Numbered from the stretch's first letter, positions 1 to 8,670 are shown. The stretch is DNA of 54,214 nt from an uncultured Geobacteraceae bacterium (GCA_903902345.1 CAIUUR010000273.1:1-54214), one strand, 5' to 3'. Made by a program: numbers and translations. The notes: generated by a model not told the origin, from the sequence alone.

Positions 1-5
1 TGGCC

Positions 6-1604
6 ATGGACCATTTTGAACCTCGCAGGGTCTACGTCGCTGCGTCATGGATGCTCCCGGTGGGGCGCTATACCGGTAAGGACAAGGAAAAACTGTCATT
101 TCTCGAGCTGGCGGAGCGGGCGGGAGAGATCTTCTCCGGCAGCCCGGTGCGGCGACAGGAAATCGAATCCGTCATCGTGGGGAGCCAGAATCCCTTCGCC
201 TTCTCCGGGGTGGATAACATCGCCGCCAAGATCGCCGGGAGGCTGGGAATCTCCGGGGCTTCGTCGGTGCTCCTGGACACCGCCTCGTCGTCGGGGGCCA
301 CCGCCTTCGAAGACGCCTATCTGAAGGTCGCTTCCGGAGCCTGTGACCATGTTCTGGCCATGGGTATACAGAAAATGAGCGATGTGGACACCGCCGCCGC
401 CACCAGGATCGTGGCCGGGGTCATCGACCGGGACGAGGCGGAGTTCGGCCTCTCCATGCCCGCCTGCGGTGCGCTGGTGGCCGGGGCGCTCATGCGGCGG
501 CTGCGGCTTTCCGAGGAGGAGTGGACCGCTTTTTCCGCCTCGTTGACCCAGCGGGCCCAGAGGTTTGCCGCGCGTAACCCCGATGCCCATCTGCAACAGG
601 AAATTCCGGTGGCGTCGTACTATCGCCAGATCGTCAGTGGCAAGAACTACCGTTACTGGTGGCCGTTGCGCTACCACGACTTCTGTCCCATGTCCGATGG
701 CGCGGCGGCGGTCATCCTCACTTCACGTCCCCAGGATATCATGGTGGCCGGTGTGGGGAGCGCCACGGACATCCCGACCATTGCCGACCGGAACTACTTC
801 CACTCCTTTCCCGCCACGGTGAACGCCGCGGCCAGGGCCTACGGTATGGCCGGGCTCAAGGATATCCGCACCCTGGCCGGTCGGCTTCACGTGAATATGC
901 ATGATCCCTTCAACGGTTTTGGCCCCATCAATCTGGTGGATCTGGGGGTCCTCCCCTCACGCCACTTGTTGGACGGGTTGCTGCGGGACGACCTCACCGG
1001 TGAGAACGGAGCCTTTCCCACCAACCTCACCGGCGGGCTCAAGGGACGAGGTCACCCCCTGGGGGCGACGGGGATGATCCAGGTGGTGGAGAACCACCGG
1101 CTTATCCGCGAGAAGGGTTTCAAGGCTGGGCTCTCCCACTCCATCGGAGGCCCCATCAACAACAACGTGGTCATTCTCCTGGAAGAAGTGGAGCACTACG
1201 ATCGCCGGCCCCATGAGCGGTTCAAGCCGTGGGGGCTCCCCCCCCTGGGAAGGATCAAACCCAAGGAGGTCACCGTTGAGGCGCTCCTGGCGTCGGGAGC
1301 GGTGGACGCTTCCTACGTCACCGGCACGACACAGTACCACCATCGTGACGGATCGCCGCAGCTCTCCATTCTCATCGTCGCCTGCAAGGTCGCCGGCCTG
1401 CAGTACCGGTTCCTCTTCGGCGTCAGTGGCGAGCATTGCGGCGAACTCTCCGGGCTGAACCCGGGTGATCGGGTTCGGATGGAGCGCCAGGACGGGGAGA
1501 TTCTCGTCAACCGGATTCCGGTGCGGCGATTTTACGAAAAGACCTTCCAGGGGATCATGGAGAAGTCCGGTGTGGGGTGGAAGAAGCTGACAGGGAAGGG
1601 GTAG
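6..1604 (+). CDS. SCP2-type thiolase-fold protein lacking the nucleophilic Cys, with a C-terminal OB-fold-like extension
   Basis: Thiolase motifs CPMSDGAAA, MHDPF (HDxF), NLTGGLKGRGHPLGATG and HSIGG; TASSSG at the usual xACASG site; ~130 aa extra C-terminus. The start is at the window edge. Confidence 0.8.
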   Translation: MDHFEPRRVYVAASWMLPVGRYTGKDKEKLSFLELAERAGEIFSGSPVRRQEIESVIVGSQNPFAFSGVDNIAAKIAGRLGISGASSVLLDTASSSGATAFEDAYLKVASGACDHVLAMGIQKMSDVDTAAATRIVAGVIDRDEAEFGLSMPACGALVAGALMRRLRLSEEEWTAFSASLTQRAQRFAARNPDAHLQQEIPVASYYRQIVSGKNYRYWWPLRYHDFCPMSDGAAAVILTSRPQDIMVAGVGSATDIPTIADRNYFHSFPATVNAAARAYGMAGLKDIRTLAGRLHVNMHDPFNGFGPINLVDLGVLPSRHLLDGLLRDDLTGENGAFPTNLTGGLKGRGHPLGATGMIQVVENHRLIREKGFKAGLSHSIGGPINNNVVILLEEVEHYDRRPHERFKPWGLPPLGRIKPKEVTVEALLASGAVDASYVTGTTQYHHRDGSPQLSILIVACKVAGLQYRFLFGVSGEHCGELSGLNPGDRVRMERQDGEILVNRIPVRRFYEKTFQGIMEKSGVGWKKLTGKG

Positions 1605-1678
1605 GCGGTGGCGGATTTCACCCTGATGCAATCGGAGAGCGACGGGTAGTGTTTTCCGTGGTGCCGCCGAAAAAATTA

Positions 1679-1687
1679 TGTTATACT
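1679..1687 (+). promoter_or_regulatory. Extended -10 promoter for rne
   Basis: TGtTATACT about 210 bp upstream of the rne ATG. Confidence 0.5.
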
Positions 1688-1693
1688 TTGCCA

Positions 1694-1895
1694 ATTTTAG
1701 ATGACTGCCCTGGCGGATGACTGAAACATCACGCCGGGGTTGACCATAAAGCTGAAAACCGCGGCGCGGAATTTCCTGTGCCGCCGCTTGTGGCGACGTG
1801 GTCCGAAGGTGAGCGAATATTTTTGCTCCCGCGACGGACGCGCTGTTGTCACTCCTACAGATTGCCCCGTATCGGGTTGAAAGGATTGAGTACTT
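1694..1895 (+). ncRNA. Putative structured 5' leader of rne (cis-regulatory RNA)
   Basis: Stems 1708-1719/1727-1739, 1761-1784, and nested 1790-1798/1844-1852, 1801-1805/1835-1839, 1811-1816/1823-1828. Confidence 0.4.
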
Positions 1896-4487
1896 ATGCC
1901 GAAGAAAATGCTGATCAATGCGCTGCACGCCGAGGAAGCGCGGGTTGCCATCGTGGAAGATGGTCGCCTCATGGACCTGGGCATCGAGATTGCCGGCCGC
2001 GAACAGACCCGCGGCAATGTCTACAAGGGGGTGGTGGTCCGGGTGGAACCGGGACTGCAGGCCGCCTTCATCGACATCGGACTGAAAAAGCTCGGCTTCC
2101 TTCAGATGGGAGAGTTGCACCCCGAGTTCTGGCAGTGGCGGGATGATGTTCCCGTCGAGGGGCGGAACCGGCGTCCCCGGATCCAGGAGGTCCTCCGCCG
2201 GGGACAGGAACTCCTCGTTCAGGTGGAAAAGGGGGAGCGGGATATGAAGGGAGCCGCCGTTACCTCCTACCTTTCCCTTCCCGGGCGGTACATGGTCCTC
2301 ATGCCGGGGAGCGACTCCGCGGGGGTATCCCGCAAGGTAGAGGCCGAGGGAGAGCGGAAGAAACTCAAGGAGATGGCTGCGGAGCTGCACATTCCCGAGG
2401 GGATCGGTTATATCATCCGGACCGAGGCCCTGGGGAAGAAGCAGGCGGAGCTGGCCAAGGATTTCAACTACCTCCTCAAACTCAACGAGTCCATCAGGGA
2501 GGCCGCCGCCAGGGTCAAGGGGCCGGCTCTCATCTATCAGGAGTCGGACCTCATCATCCGGACTATCCGGGACTACTTCACCGCCGAAATCGACGAGGTT
2601 CTCGTGGATAGCGTGGAGGTCTTCGAACAGGCCAAGACCTTTTTCAAGGAGGTCATGCCCCGCATGGCGGGACGGGTGAAGCTTCACCAGGAAAAACGCC
2701 CCATCTTCTCCCGTTACCAGTTGGAAGAACAGATCGACCAGATCTACGAGAAGAAGGTTCTGCTCAAGTCCGGCGGTTCGCTGGTCATCGAACCGGCCGA
2801 GGCGCTGGTTTCCATTGACGTCAACTCGGGAAAAAGCACTGGCGAGAGGGGGGTGGAAGATACTGCCTACAAGACCAACATGGAGGCGGCGGAAGAGGCT
2901 GCCCGGCAGCTTCGGCTCCGGGATCTGGGGGGGCTCATCGTCATCGATTTCATCGACATGCGCGACCGGAAACATAACGCCGACGTGGAGAAGACCCTCA
3001 AGCACGCCCTGAAGAGCGACAAGGCCCGGGTGACCGTGGGGAAAATCTCCCAGTTCGGCCTGTTGGAGATGTCCCGCCAGAGGATCAGGCAGACTGCCAA
3101 CGAGGCGGTCTATCTGGAGTGTCCCCACTGCGAGGGGAGGGGGCGGATCAAGTCGGTGGAGGCCATGGCCGTTTCCTTCCTCCGGAAGGTCCACGGCGCC
3201 GCCGCCAAGGGGACCATCGGCGAGGTTCGGGGGGGGCTCCCGCTGGAGGTGGCCTATTATCTGCTGAACCGGAAGAAGAAGGACCTTGCCCGCATCGAGG
3301 CGGATTACGATATCGAGGTAACCCTCAAGGGGAAACCGTCGTTCCTCATGAATCAGATCGAACTGGAGCTGCTCAAGCGGGAGAAGCCGTCATCCGAGGG
3401 TCAGGGAGATGTAGCCCAGACGGCGCTGGTGACCGCTCCCGTATTTCCTCTCGAGGAGGAATACATCGATGAAGAGGGCAGCGAGGAGGTGGTGGAGCTC
3501 ACCGAGACATCGGAGGAGTCTACGGTAACGGAAGAGTCCACGGAGGCGGGTAAGAAGCGGAAACGTCGGCGTGGCAAGAAGAAACCTCTGGAGGGGGAGA
3601 GCGGGGAAGCAGTGGAAGCCGCCGGGGAGTCGGAGGAAGATGACGAACCGGTGGGCGAAGATTCCGGCGATGACGCCGACGGTGAGCAGGTAGAGGGGGA
3701 GACCTCCGCCGATTCTCCGGCCGGTAACGGAGCCAAGAAGCGGAAGCGGCGTCGGAAGCGGGGGAAGAACGGCGCTACGGGAGCCGCGGAAATGACACCT
3801 GACGCGATACCGGAAACCGTATCCACGGAGACGGTAACGGATGATGACGGGGTTGGTGTCGCTACCGAGAATGGTGAAACCCCCGTGGATGAAGAGGGGA
3901 CGGAGGGTGGCGGGCCCGTGGAAGAGGCAAAGAGGAAGCGCCGCCGGAGACGGCGTGGAGGGGCAAAGCGTCGTGTCGAAGGTGGAGAAGAGGGGGGTGA
4001 AGAGGGTGTATCCGCCGGAGAGCCGTCGTCGGAACCCCTTCCCGAGGCGCCGGAGGAGATGATTCCCCCGGCGGTGACCGCTGTTTCGGAAGAGAGCGCA
4101 CCGCCTTTGACGAGGAAGCCTCGCCAGGCGCGGACCAAAAAGGTAGTAACCGCTGCTCCTGAAACCGACTCCCTGGAGGAACTCCCCCCGGAGGCGGGAG
4201 TTGCCGCCGGGGAACTTCCCGCCGAAGTTCCCCCCAAGCGTCCCCGTTCTCCCCGCAAACCGGCGGCAGCGAAGCTCTCCGGAGGGAGCGATGACTCCTC
4301 CGTGGTGGCCGGGCCTGAAGGAGAAGGGAGTGTCCCCACGCCACCGAAACCGAAACGGAGTCCGCGCAAGAGCCCTCCGGTGGAGGGGGAACCTGCGACC
4401 GGTGAAGAGTCCGCAGCGTCACCGCGGAGACGTCCCGCGCGTAAAAGTAGCCGTGACGCTGTTCCGGAAGAAGGCGCCGGTGAATAA
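1896..4487 (+). CDS. rne: Ribonuclease E (Rne/Rng family) with long disordered C-terminal region
   Basis: MPKKMLINA start, S1 domain (EPGLQAAFID), IDVNSG, LRLRDLGGLIVIDFIDM, Zn-link CPHC; acidic/basic low-complexity tail. Confidence 0.95.
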   Translation: MPKKMLINALHAEEARVAIVEDGRLMDLGIEIAGREQTRGNVYKGVVVRVEPGLQAAFIDIGLKKLGFLQMGELHPEFWQWRDDVPVEGRNRRPRIQEVLRRGQELLVQVEKGERDMKGAAVTSYLSLPGRYMVLMPGSDSAGVSRKVEAEGERKKLKEMAAELHIPEGIGYIIRTEALGKKQAELAKDFNYLLKLNESIREAAARVKGPALIYQESDLIIRTIRDYFTAEIDEVLVDSVEVFEQAKTFFKEVMPRMAGRVKLHQEKRPIFSRYQLEEQIDQIYEKKVLLKSGGSLVIEPAEALVSIDVNSGKSTGERGVEDTAYKTNMEAAEEAARQLRLRDLGGLIVIDFIDMRDRKHNADVEKTLKHALKSDKARVTVGKISQFGLLEMSRQRIRQTANEAVYLECPHCEGRGRIKSVEAMAVSFLRKVHGAAAKGTIGEVRGGLPLEVAYYLLNRKKKDLARIEADYDIEVTLKGKPSFLMNQIELELLKREKPSSEGQGDVAQTALVTAPVFPLEEEYIDEEGSEEVVELTETSEESTVTEESTEAGKKRKRRRGKKKPLEGESGEAVEAAGESEEDDEPVGEDSGDDADGEQVEGETSADSPAGNGAKKRKRRRKRGKNGATGAAEMTPDAIPETVSTETVTDDDGVGVATENGETPVDEEGTEGGGPVEEAKRKRRRRRRGGAKRRVEGGEEGGEEGVSAGEPSSEPLPEAPEEMIPPAVTAVSEESAPPLTRKPRQARTKKVVTAAPETDSLEELPPEAGVAAGELPAEVPPKRPRSPRKPAAAKLSGGSDDSSVVAGPEGEGSVPTPPKPKRSPRKSPPVEGEPATGEESAASPRRRPARKSSRDAVPEEGAGE

Positions 4488-4499
4488 GGAACTTTCTTC

Positions 4500-5330
4500 A
4501 TGAACCAGAGAGCCGGTATTGCAGCATTGAGCCTCCTGCTGTTGTCGATGCTTCCGAACGTTGCCGCCGGTGAGGGGAAGATTACGGAATTCTACGTGGC
4601 GCCGACCTTCACCTCTTTCACCTGGAAGGAGAGTAATTCCTCCGGTGGGCGACTGGTGAAGGAAAGCGGACCCCTCTACGGTCTCCGGAGCGGCATTAGG
4701 GCGGTTCCGGTCCAGGGAGAGGGGGGGGACCTCACCCTGTCGGGAGTTCTGGAGCTCTTTGGCGGGGTGGTGCGCTACGACGGAGAGCAGAACCTGACCA
4801 ACCTGCCGGTTTCCACCGACGTGGATTATTTCGGCACCCGCCTGGGGTTTGATGCCGGGTGGGGACTTCCCCTGTACGGCTCTACCCTGGGCCCCTTTGC
4901 CGGTTTCACCTACCGCTTCTGGGTGCGAAGCCTCAACGATGCCTCCACGGTGGATAGTAACGGCAACCGGGTTCCGGTCTCCGGAACAACTGAGTACTGG
5001 AACGATTTGGGCACCCGTTTGGGGGGTAGATGGTCGGATATCGGCATTGTCGCAGGGGGGAAACTCTTTCTGGAGGGGGGGGCTCAATACTCCCTTTACA
5101 CCGGTACTACGTTTGATACCGGTTACGGGACCTCCACCCTGGAGCCCCGGGGGATAGTGTCCCCCTTTGCCGAGGCGGGGCTCCGCTTTCAGCGGTTGAG
5201 GATTGCGCTTACCTACGAGGAGAAGCGATACGGCGTCTCCCCCTCCATCATTGCCGGACAGTACAAATACTACCAACCGGCGTCCGTTGGCGAGTACCTG
5301 GGATTATCGGTGGGGTACTGCTTCCGATAA
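4500..5330 (+). CDS. Outer-membrane beta-barrel protein, function unknown
   Basis: Signal peptide, amphipathic aromatic-rich beta strands, C-terminal LSVGYCFR. Confidence 0.65.
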   Translation: MNQRAGIAALSLLLLSMLPNVAAGEGKITEFYVAPTFTSFTWKESNSSGGRLVKESGPLYGLRSGIRAVPVQGEGGDLTLSGVLELFGGVVRYDGEQNLTNLPVSTDVDYFGTRLGFDAGWGLPLYGSTLGPFAGFTYRFWVRSLNDASTVDSNGNRVPVSGTTEYWNDLGTRLGGRWSDIGIVAGGKLFLEGGAQYSLYTGTTFDTGYGTSTLEPRGIVSPFAEAGLRFQRLRIALTYEEKRYGVSPSIIAGQYKYYQPASVGEYLGLSVGYCFR

Positions 5331-5407
5331 AGAGTAGGAATCAGGTTGTGTCGTAATTACTGAAAGCGGTAGTGACTACTCCGGAGTAAGGAATGTCCCG
5401 CGAAAAC

Positions 5408-5447
5408 GTCCCCTCCCCCCTGGTGGGGGAGGGACAGGGTGAGGGGG
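5408..5447. repeat. REP-like palindromic element (CCCTCCCCC..GGGGGAGGG..GGGTGAGGGG type)
   Basis: gtcccctcccccc tggt gggggagggac agggtgaggggg; related copy at 43812-43895. Confidence 0.6.
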
Positions 5448-5494
5448 AAACTGATAAGGGGGGCTGTCCTATGGACAGCCCCCCTTATCAGTTT
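5448..5494. terminator. Bidirectional intrinsic terminator
   Basis: Perfect 22-bp stem aaactgataaggggggctgtcc-tat-ggacagccccccttatcagttt between convergent genes. Confidence 0.8.
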
Positions 5495-5517
5495 ATTGCT
5501 GATGTTGTTACGGTCGG

Positions 5518-6417
5518 TTACTGTTTGTGACCCTTTTTGGGAGCCTCTTTCTTGGGGGTTTCCTTCTTGACGGGCTCCTCTTTGGGGGGAGCTGCCGCCG
5601 GGGCTTTATCCGTCCAGTTGTTGATGTCGTGGGCAATGCCGTGGCAGTCGCCGCACTTGGCGAATTTGGCCATCATGCCGGCCGGATGAGGCGTGCCGTG
5701 ACAATCCTGACACTTGGGCACGGTCTTATGTTTTTCCTTGTGACAGAAGGCGCAGGCAAGTTTGCCATGCTTTGCCTTGCTGGCGGCAAGCAGGGTGAAC
5801 GCCTTCACGTGGCAGGCGGCGCATGCCTTGTTGGAGATGGTGGCGGCATAGGTGACGACCTTGGGCATATGAGGCTTGTGGCACTGTTTGCAGTCAGCCG
5901 CGGTCATCTCCGGTGAGTGGGGTTTATGGCACTGCACGCAGAGAGGGATCTGCCGGTGGACGCGGTGGCAGATGGTGCAGGCCAGCAGCGTATGTTTGCT
6001 TTTATTCTCTCGAAGTTGGGTGATCTGCGGGGTGTGACAGGAGAGGCAGGGATCGGTGAGGCTGCCGGTAAAGGTTATGGTGAGCGGAGTGTGCGGATTC
6101 TTGTGGCAGTTCAGACAACCCGGTGTCTGGAAATGGGCCTTGCCCGTGTGACAGTCGTTACAGTTGGGAATATTTTTTGCCGACGTGGGGCGATGCCCGG
6201 TGTGGCAATCGGTGCAACCAATCTCGGTTTTGTGCTTTCCCCCTGCCGCGGCGATGTCCGCCGGTTGAGCAGTGTGGCACTTGGCGCAGTCGGTGCTGCT
6301 GAGGGTTGCTTTTGTTGCAACTGGGGTTGTGGGGGTCGCGGCGAAGGCTGCCGATGCGGCAAGCAGCAGCCCGGGGACGAGGAGCAGCAGTCCTCTCAGA
6401 TGTGACAGTTGTTTCAT
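5518..6417 (-). CDS. Periplasmic dodecaheme c-type cytochrome
   Basis: 12 CXXCH motifs, signal peptide MKQLSHL...AFA, SD AAAGGAGGA upstream of ATG 6417, Lys/Pro-rich tail. Confidence 0.9.
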   Translation of the reverse strand: MKQLSHLRGLLLLVPGLLLAASAAFAATPTTPVATKATLSSTDCAKCHTAQPADIAAAGGKHKTEIGCTDCHTGHRPTSAKNIPNCNDCHTGKAHFQTPGCLNCHKNPHTPLTITFTGSLTDPCLSCHTPQITQLRENKSKHTLLACTICHRVHRQIPLCVQCHKPHSPEMTAADCKQCHKPHMPKVVTYAATISNKACAACHVKAFTLLAASKAKHGKLACAFCHKEKHKTVPKCQDCHGTPHPAGMMAKFAKCGDCHGIAHDINNWTDKAPAAAPPKEEPVKKETPKKEAPKKGHKQ

Positions 6418-6468
6418 GATTCCTCCTTTACAGTGAATGGTGCTGATGGTTAAAAACAATAGGCGAAG

Positions 6469-6498
6469 ATTATAGCCGGACTCTGGACGTGGAGTCAA
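6469..6498 (-). promoter_or_regulatory. Sigma-70 promoter of the dodecaheme cytochrome
   Basis: TTGACT-N18-TATAAT on the minus strand. Confidence 0.7.
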
Positions 6499-6536
6499 CC
6501 GATTCGGCGACAGAGGTATCGTTTACCGGATAAAAA

Positions 6537-7088
6537 TCAGAGGGCAGGGTTCTCCGTAGCCAGCGCCTGGGCAATGGTGAGACGTTCCGGCCAGGGTGAG
6601 GCGGAGTTCGCCGTGGCGACGAACTGGAGGTTTACCGTCACGAGGATTTCATTGAGCTGGTCCAGGTTTATGACGGCCCCCCCGGGGAGGGAGGAGATCC
6701 CTTGAAAATTGAGCGGACAGTAGTCCACCTGGTGGACGCCGTTGGTATTTATCAGGAGCGGCAGGCCGTGGGTCCGGCAGATCAGGGGGCGTGCCCCGTA
6801 CAGGGTGCAGCGGTGCCCCTCCAGCAGGGGGCAGGGGTGGTCGGGAGGATAGTCGCGGGCCCGTTCCCGGATCCGCTCCCTCTCCCGCAGCGGGAGTTCC
6901 TGGAGGGCCGTTGCCAGGGCCGCAGCCTCCACGGGGAAGAGGGAAAGGTGGCGGCAGCAGCCGTCACAGCCGTCGGTGCAGGCAATGACGGAGCTGAACT
7001 CCGTCTCAATCCCCCGACAGAGGTCGTCCACCCGGGAGATGAGGCGCCGGTAGTTATCCAGCCTGGACTCAGGAGGGGAATCAAGCAT
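6537..7088 (-). CDS. YkgJ-family (zinc/iron-chelating) cysteine-cluster protein
   Basis: CTDGCDGCC, CPLL..CTLYGARPLICRTHG, YCPLNF; start uncertain. Confidence 0.8.
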   Translation of the reverse strand: MLDSPPESRLDNYRRLISRVDDLCRGIETEFSSVIACTDGCDGCCRHLSLFPVEAAALATALQELPLRERERIRERARDYPPDHPCPLLEGHRCTLYGARPLICRTHGLPLLINTNGVHQVDYCPLNFQGISSLPGGAVINLDQLNEILVTVNLQFVATANSASPWPERLTIAQALATENPAL

Positions 7089-7390
7089 ATCGCGGTCCAA
7101 AGAATGAAGAGAGTTGTGATGAGGATGCGAGAAGGTAGCTGACGATAGCGCAAACAACCGAGTAAATAAAGATAAAATTTATCACTGTTGTAGGGCGGTG
7201 AACCTTGGTCGCTGATAGGGTCGGGAAAAACATCCCGGCTCCATGGGGATGAATTTGAATAAAAGGCACTCTTACCTGAAGTATGCCGCAATCTGGCCTG
7301 CCAGTCGTTCGGCAATCGTCGTGGTTGCTTCCTTGCGGTCGATATTGGTTTGTGTCGCCTGTACACCGATACGTGTCCTGAATTCCTGGC

Positions 7391-7512
7391 GATACTCTGC
7401 GGCGTACCGGACGTAGTTGCCGGCGGAGCGCTGGAGCCAGGCACATTCGTCCGGGGTGAGGTCGCGCTTGTATTTTGCGGGGGCGCCGATCCGGAGGGTG
7501 TGGGGTAGGACG
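7391..7512 (-). repeat. Decayed duplicate of the 3' end of the gamma-carbonic anhydrase gene
   Basis: 107/122 nt identical by manual alignment to 8055-8176, same orientation. Confidence 0.9.
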
Positions 7513-7608
7513 GGGACGAATCTCTTGACACGATACGGTGAATCGAAGTAGCTTATGAACAGTTAATCAAACTCTCCGGAGGGCCATGCCCCGATTGGAG
7601 GAGACGCT

Positions 7609-7982
7609 ATGAAAACGGAACCCAAACGCAAGCTGATCACCTTTGATTGGGCCATGAAGCGACTGCTGCGAAGCAAGGCCAACTTCGAGATCCTGGAAGG
7701 GTTTCTGAGTGAACTGCTCGGTGAAGATATCGGCGCTTGGCATATGAACGCTATCAGTATGAGTTGAGCTATCAAGCCAGCCTGATAGAATCCAACTATG
7801 GGCTTGGCCGTTTGGAGGGTAGGGAAGAAGGAATGCAGGCGGGGATGGAAGCTGGTTTGCAGGCCGGCAAACAGGAGGGGAAGTTGGAGGTTGCCCGCTG
7901 CTTGATTGAGAAGGGAATGAGTCCGGAGGAGGCGGCGGAGGTCGCCGGAATCAGCGTCGAACTGGTGCGGAATAACCGCTGA
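7609..7982 (+). pseudogene. Internally deleted Rpn/YhgA-like (PD-(D/E)XK transposase-family) gene
   Basis: N-terminus MKTEPKRKLITFDWAMKRLLRSKANFEILEGFLSELLGEDI with SD GGAGGAG (stop at 7767), joined out of frame to the Rpn-type C-terminus EGREEG..GKQEGKLEVARCLIEKGMSPEEAAEVAGIS; upstream TTGACA at 7525. Confidence 0.8.
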
Positions 7983-8037
7983 CTTTTTTGGGCCGGACGA
8001 TTAATCCTGGTTCCGTAGGGCAAGCTGGATTGGCGGA

Positions 8038-8571
8038 TTACGAGCGGTCGTGTAGATACTCTGCGGCATATCGGACGTAGTTCCCTGCGGAGCGCTGGAG
8101 CCAGGCACGTTCGTCCGGGGTAAGGTCCCGCTTGTACCTGGCCGGGGAGCCGATCCAGAGGGTGTGGGGCGGGACGATCGTCCCCTCGGTGACCAGGGCC
8201 CGGGCGCCCACCAGCGCCCCCTGTCCGATCACCGCCTTATCCATGATCATCGCCTGCATCCCCACGAAGACCCCGTTCCCGATTGTGCAGCCATGAAGGG
8301 TGACGCTGTGTCCCACCGTGACGTCGTCGCCGATGATCAGGGGGGCGCCGGGGTCGTCGGCATCTTTTCTGTGAGTGACATGGAGCATGGAGAGGTCCTG
8401 GATATTGCTTCGGGCGCCGATGGTGATGAAGTTAACGTCACCCCGGGCCACGCAGTTGTACCAGATACTGCTCTCTGGTCCCATGGAGACATCGCCGACC
8501 ACCACGGCGGTCTCCGCCACGAAGGCCGTGGGGTCGATTTTAGGATGAACACCCTGAAAGGGACGAATCAT
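8038..8571 (-). CDS. Gamma-carbonic anhydrase family (YrdA-like) hexapeptide-repeat protein
   Basis: RGDVNFITIGARSNIQD, LHV, VTVGHSVTLHGCTIG; start MIRPF. Confidence 0.9.
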   Translation of the reverse strand: MIRPFQGVHPKIDPTAFVAETAVVVGDVSMGPESSIWYNCVARGDVNFITIGARSNIQDLSMLHVTHRKDADDPGAPLIIGDDVTVGHSVTLHGCTIGNGVFVGMQAMIMDKAVIGQGALVGARALVTEGTIVPPHTLWIGSPARYKRDLTPDERAWLQRSAGNYVRYAAEYLHDRS

Positions 8572-8580
8572 GTAAACCTC

Positions 8581-8664
8581 GGTAAACGGTAAACGGTGAA
8601 CGGCAAACGGTGAACGGTGAACGGCAAACGGCAAACGGTTAACGGCAAACGGTTAACGGCAAAC
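8581..8664. repeat. Heptanucleotide tandem repeat (AACGGYD)n, about 12 copies
   Basis: ggtaaacggtaaacggtgaacggcaaacggtgaacgg... fills the intergenic gap. Confidence 0.9.
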
Positions 8665-8670
8665 CTGCCG

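Noticed and set aside
957-3194. 745 aa minus-strand ORF and other long antisense ORFs (e.g. 30336-31643, 38119-39471, 43606-44985)
   Set aside because: Shadow frames of well-supported genes in GC-rich DNA, with no recognisable motifs.
6418-6498. N-terminal extensions in the ORF track (cytochrome; also gamma-CA, nadA, rplM, mtgA, pfaD, TPR cytochrome)
   Set aside because: They run through promoter boxes, repeats or neighbouring genes; downstream starts fit the SD and family N-termini better.
7391-8176. Template/variable repeat pair of a diversity-generating retroelement
   Set aside because: The mismatches are not adenine-specific on either strand, many are synonymous, and there is no reverse transcriptase in the window.
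8581-8664. CRISPR array
   Set aside because: 7-bp tandem units with no unique spacers and no cas genes.
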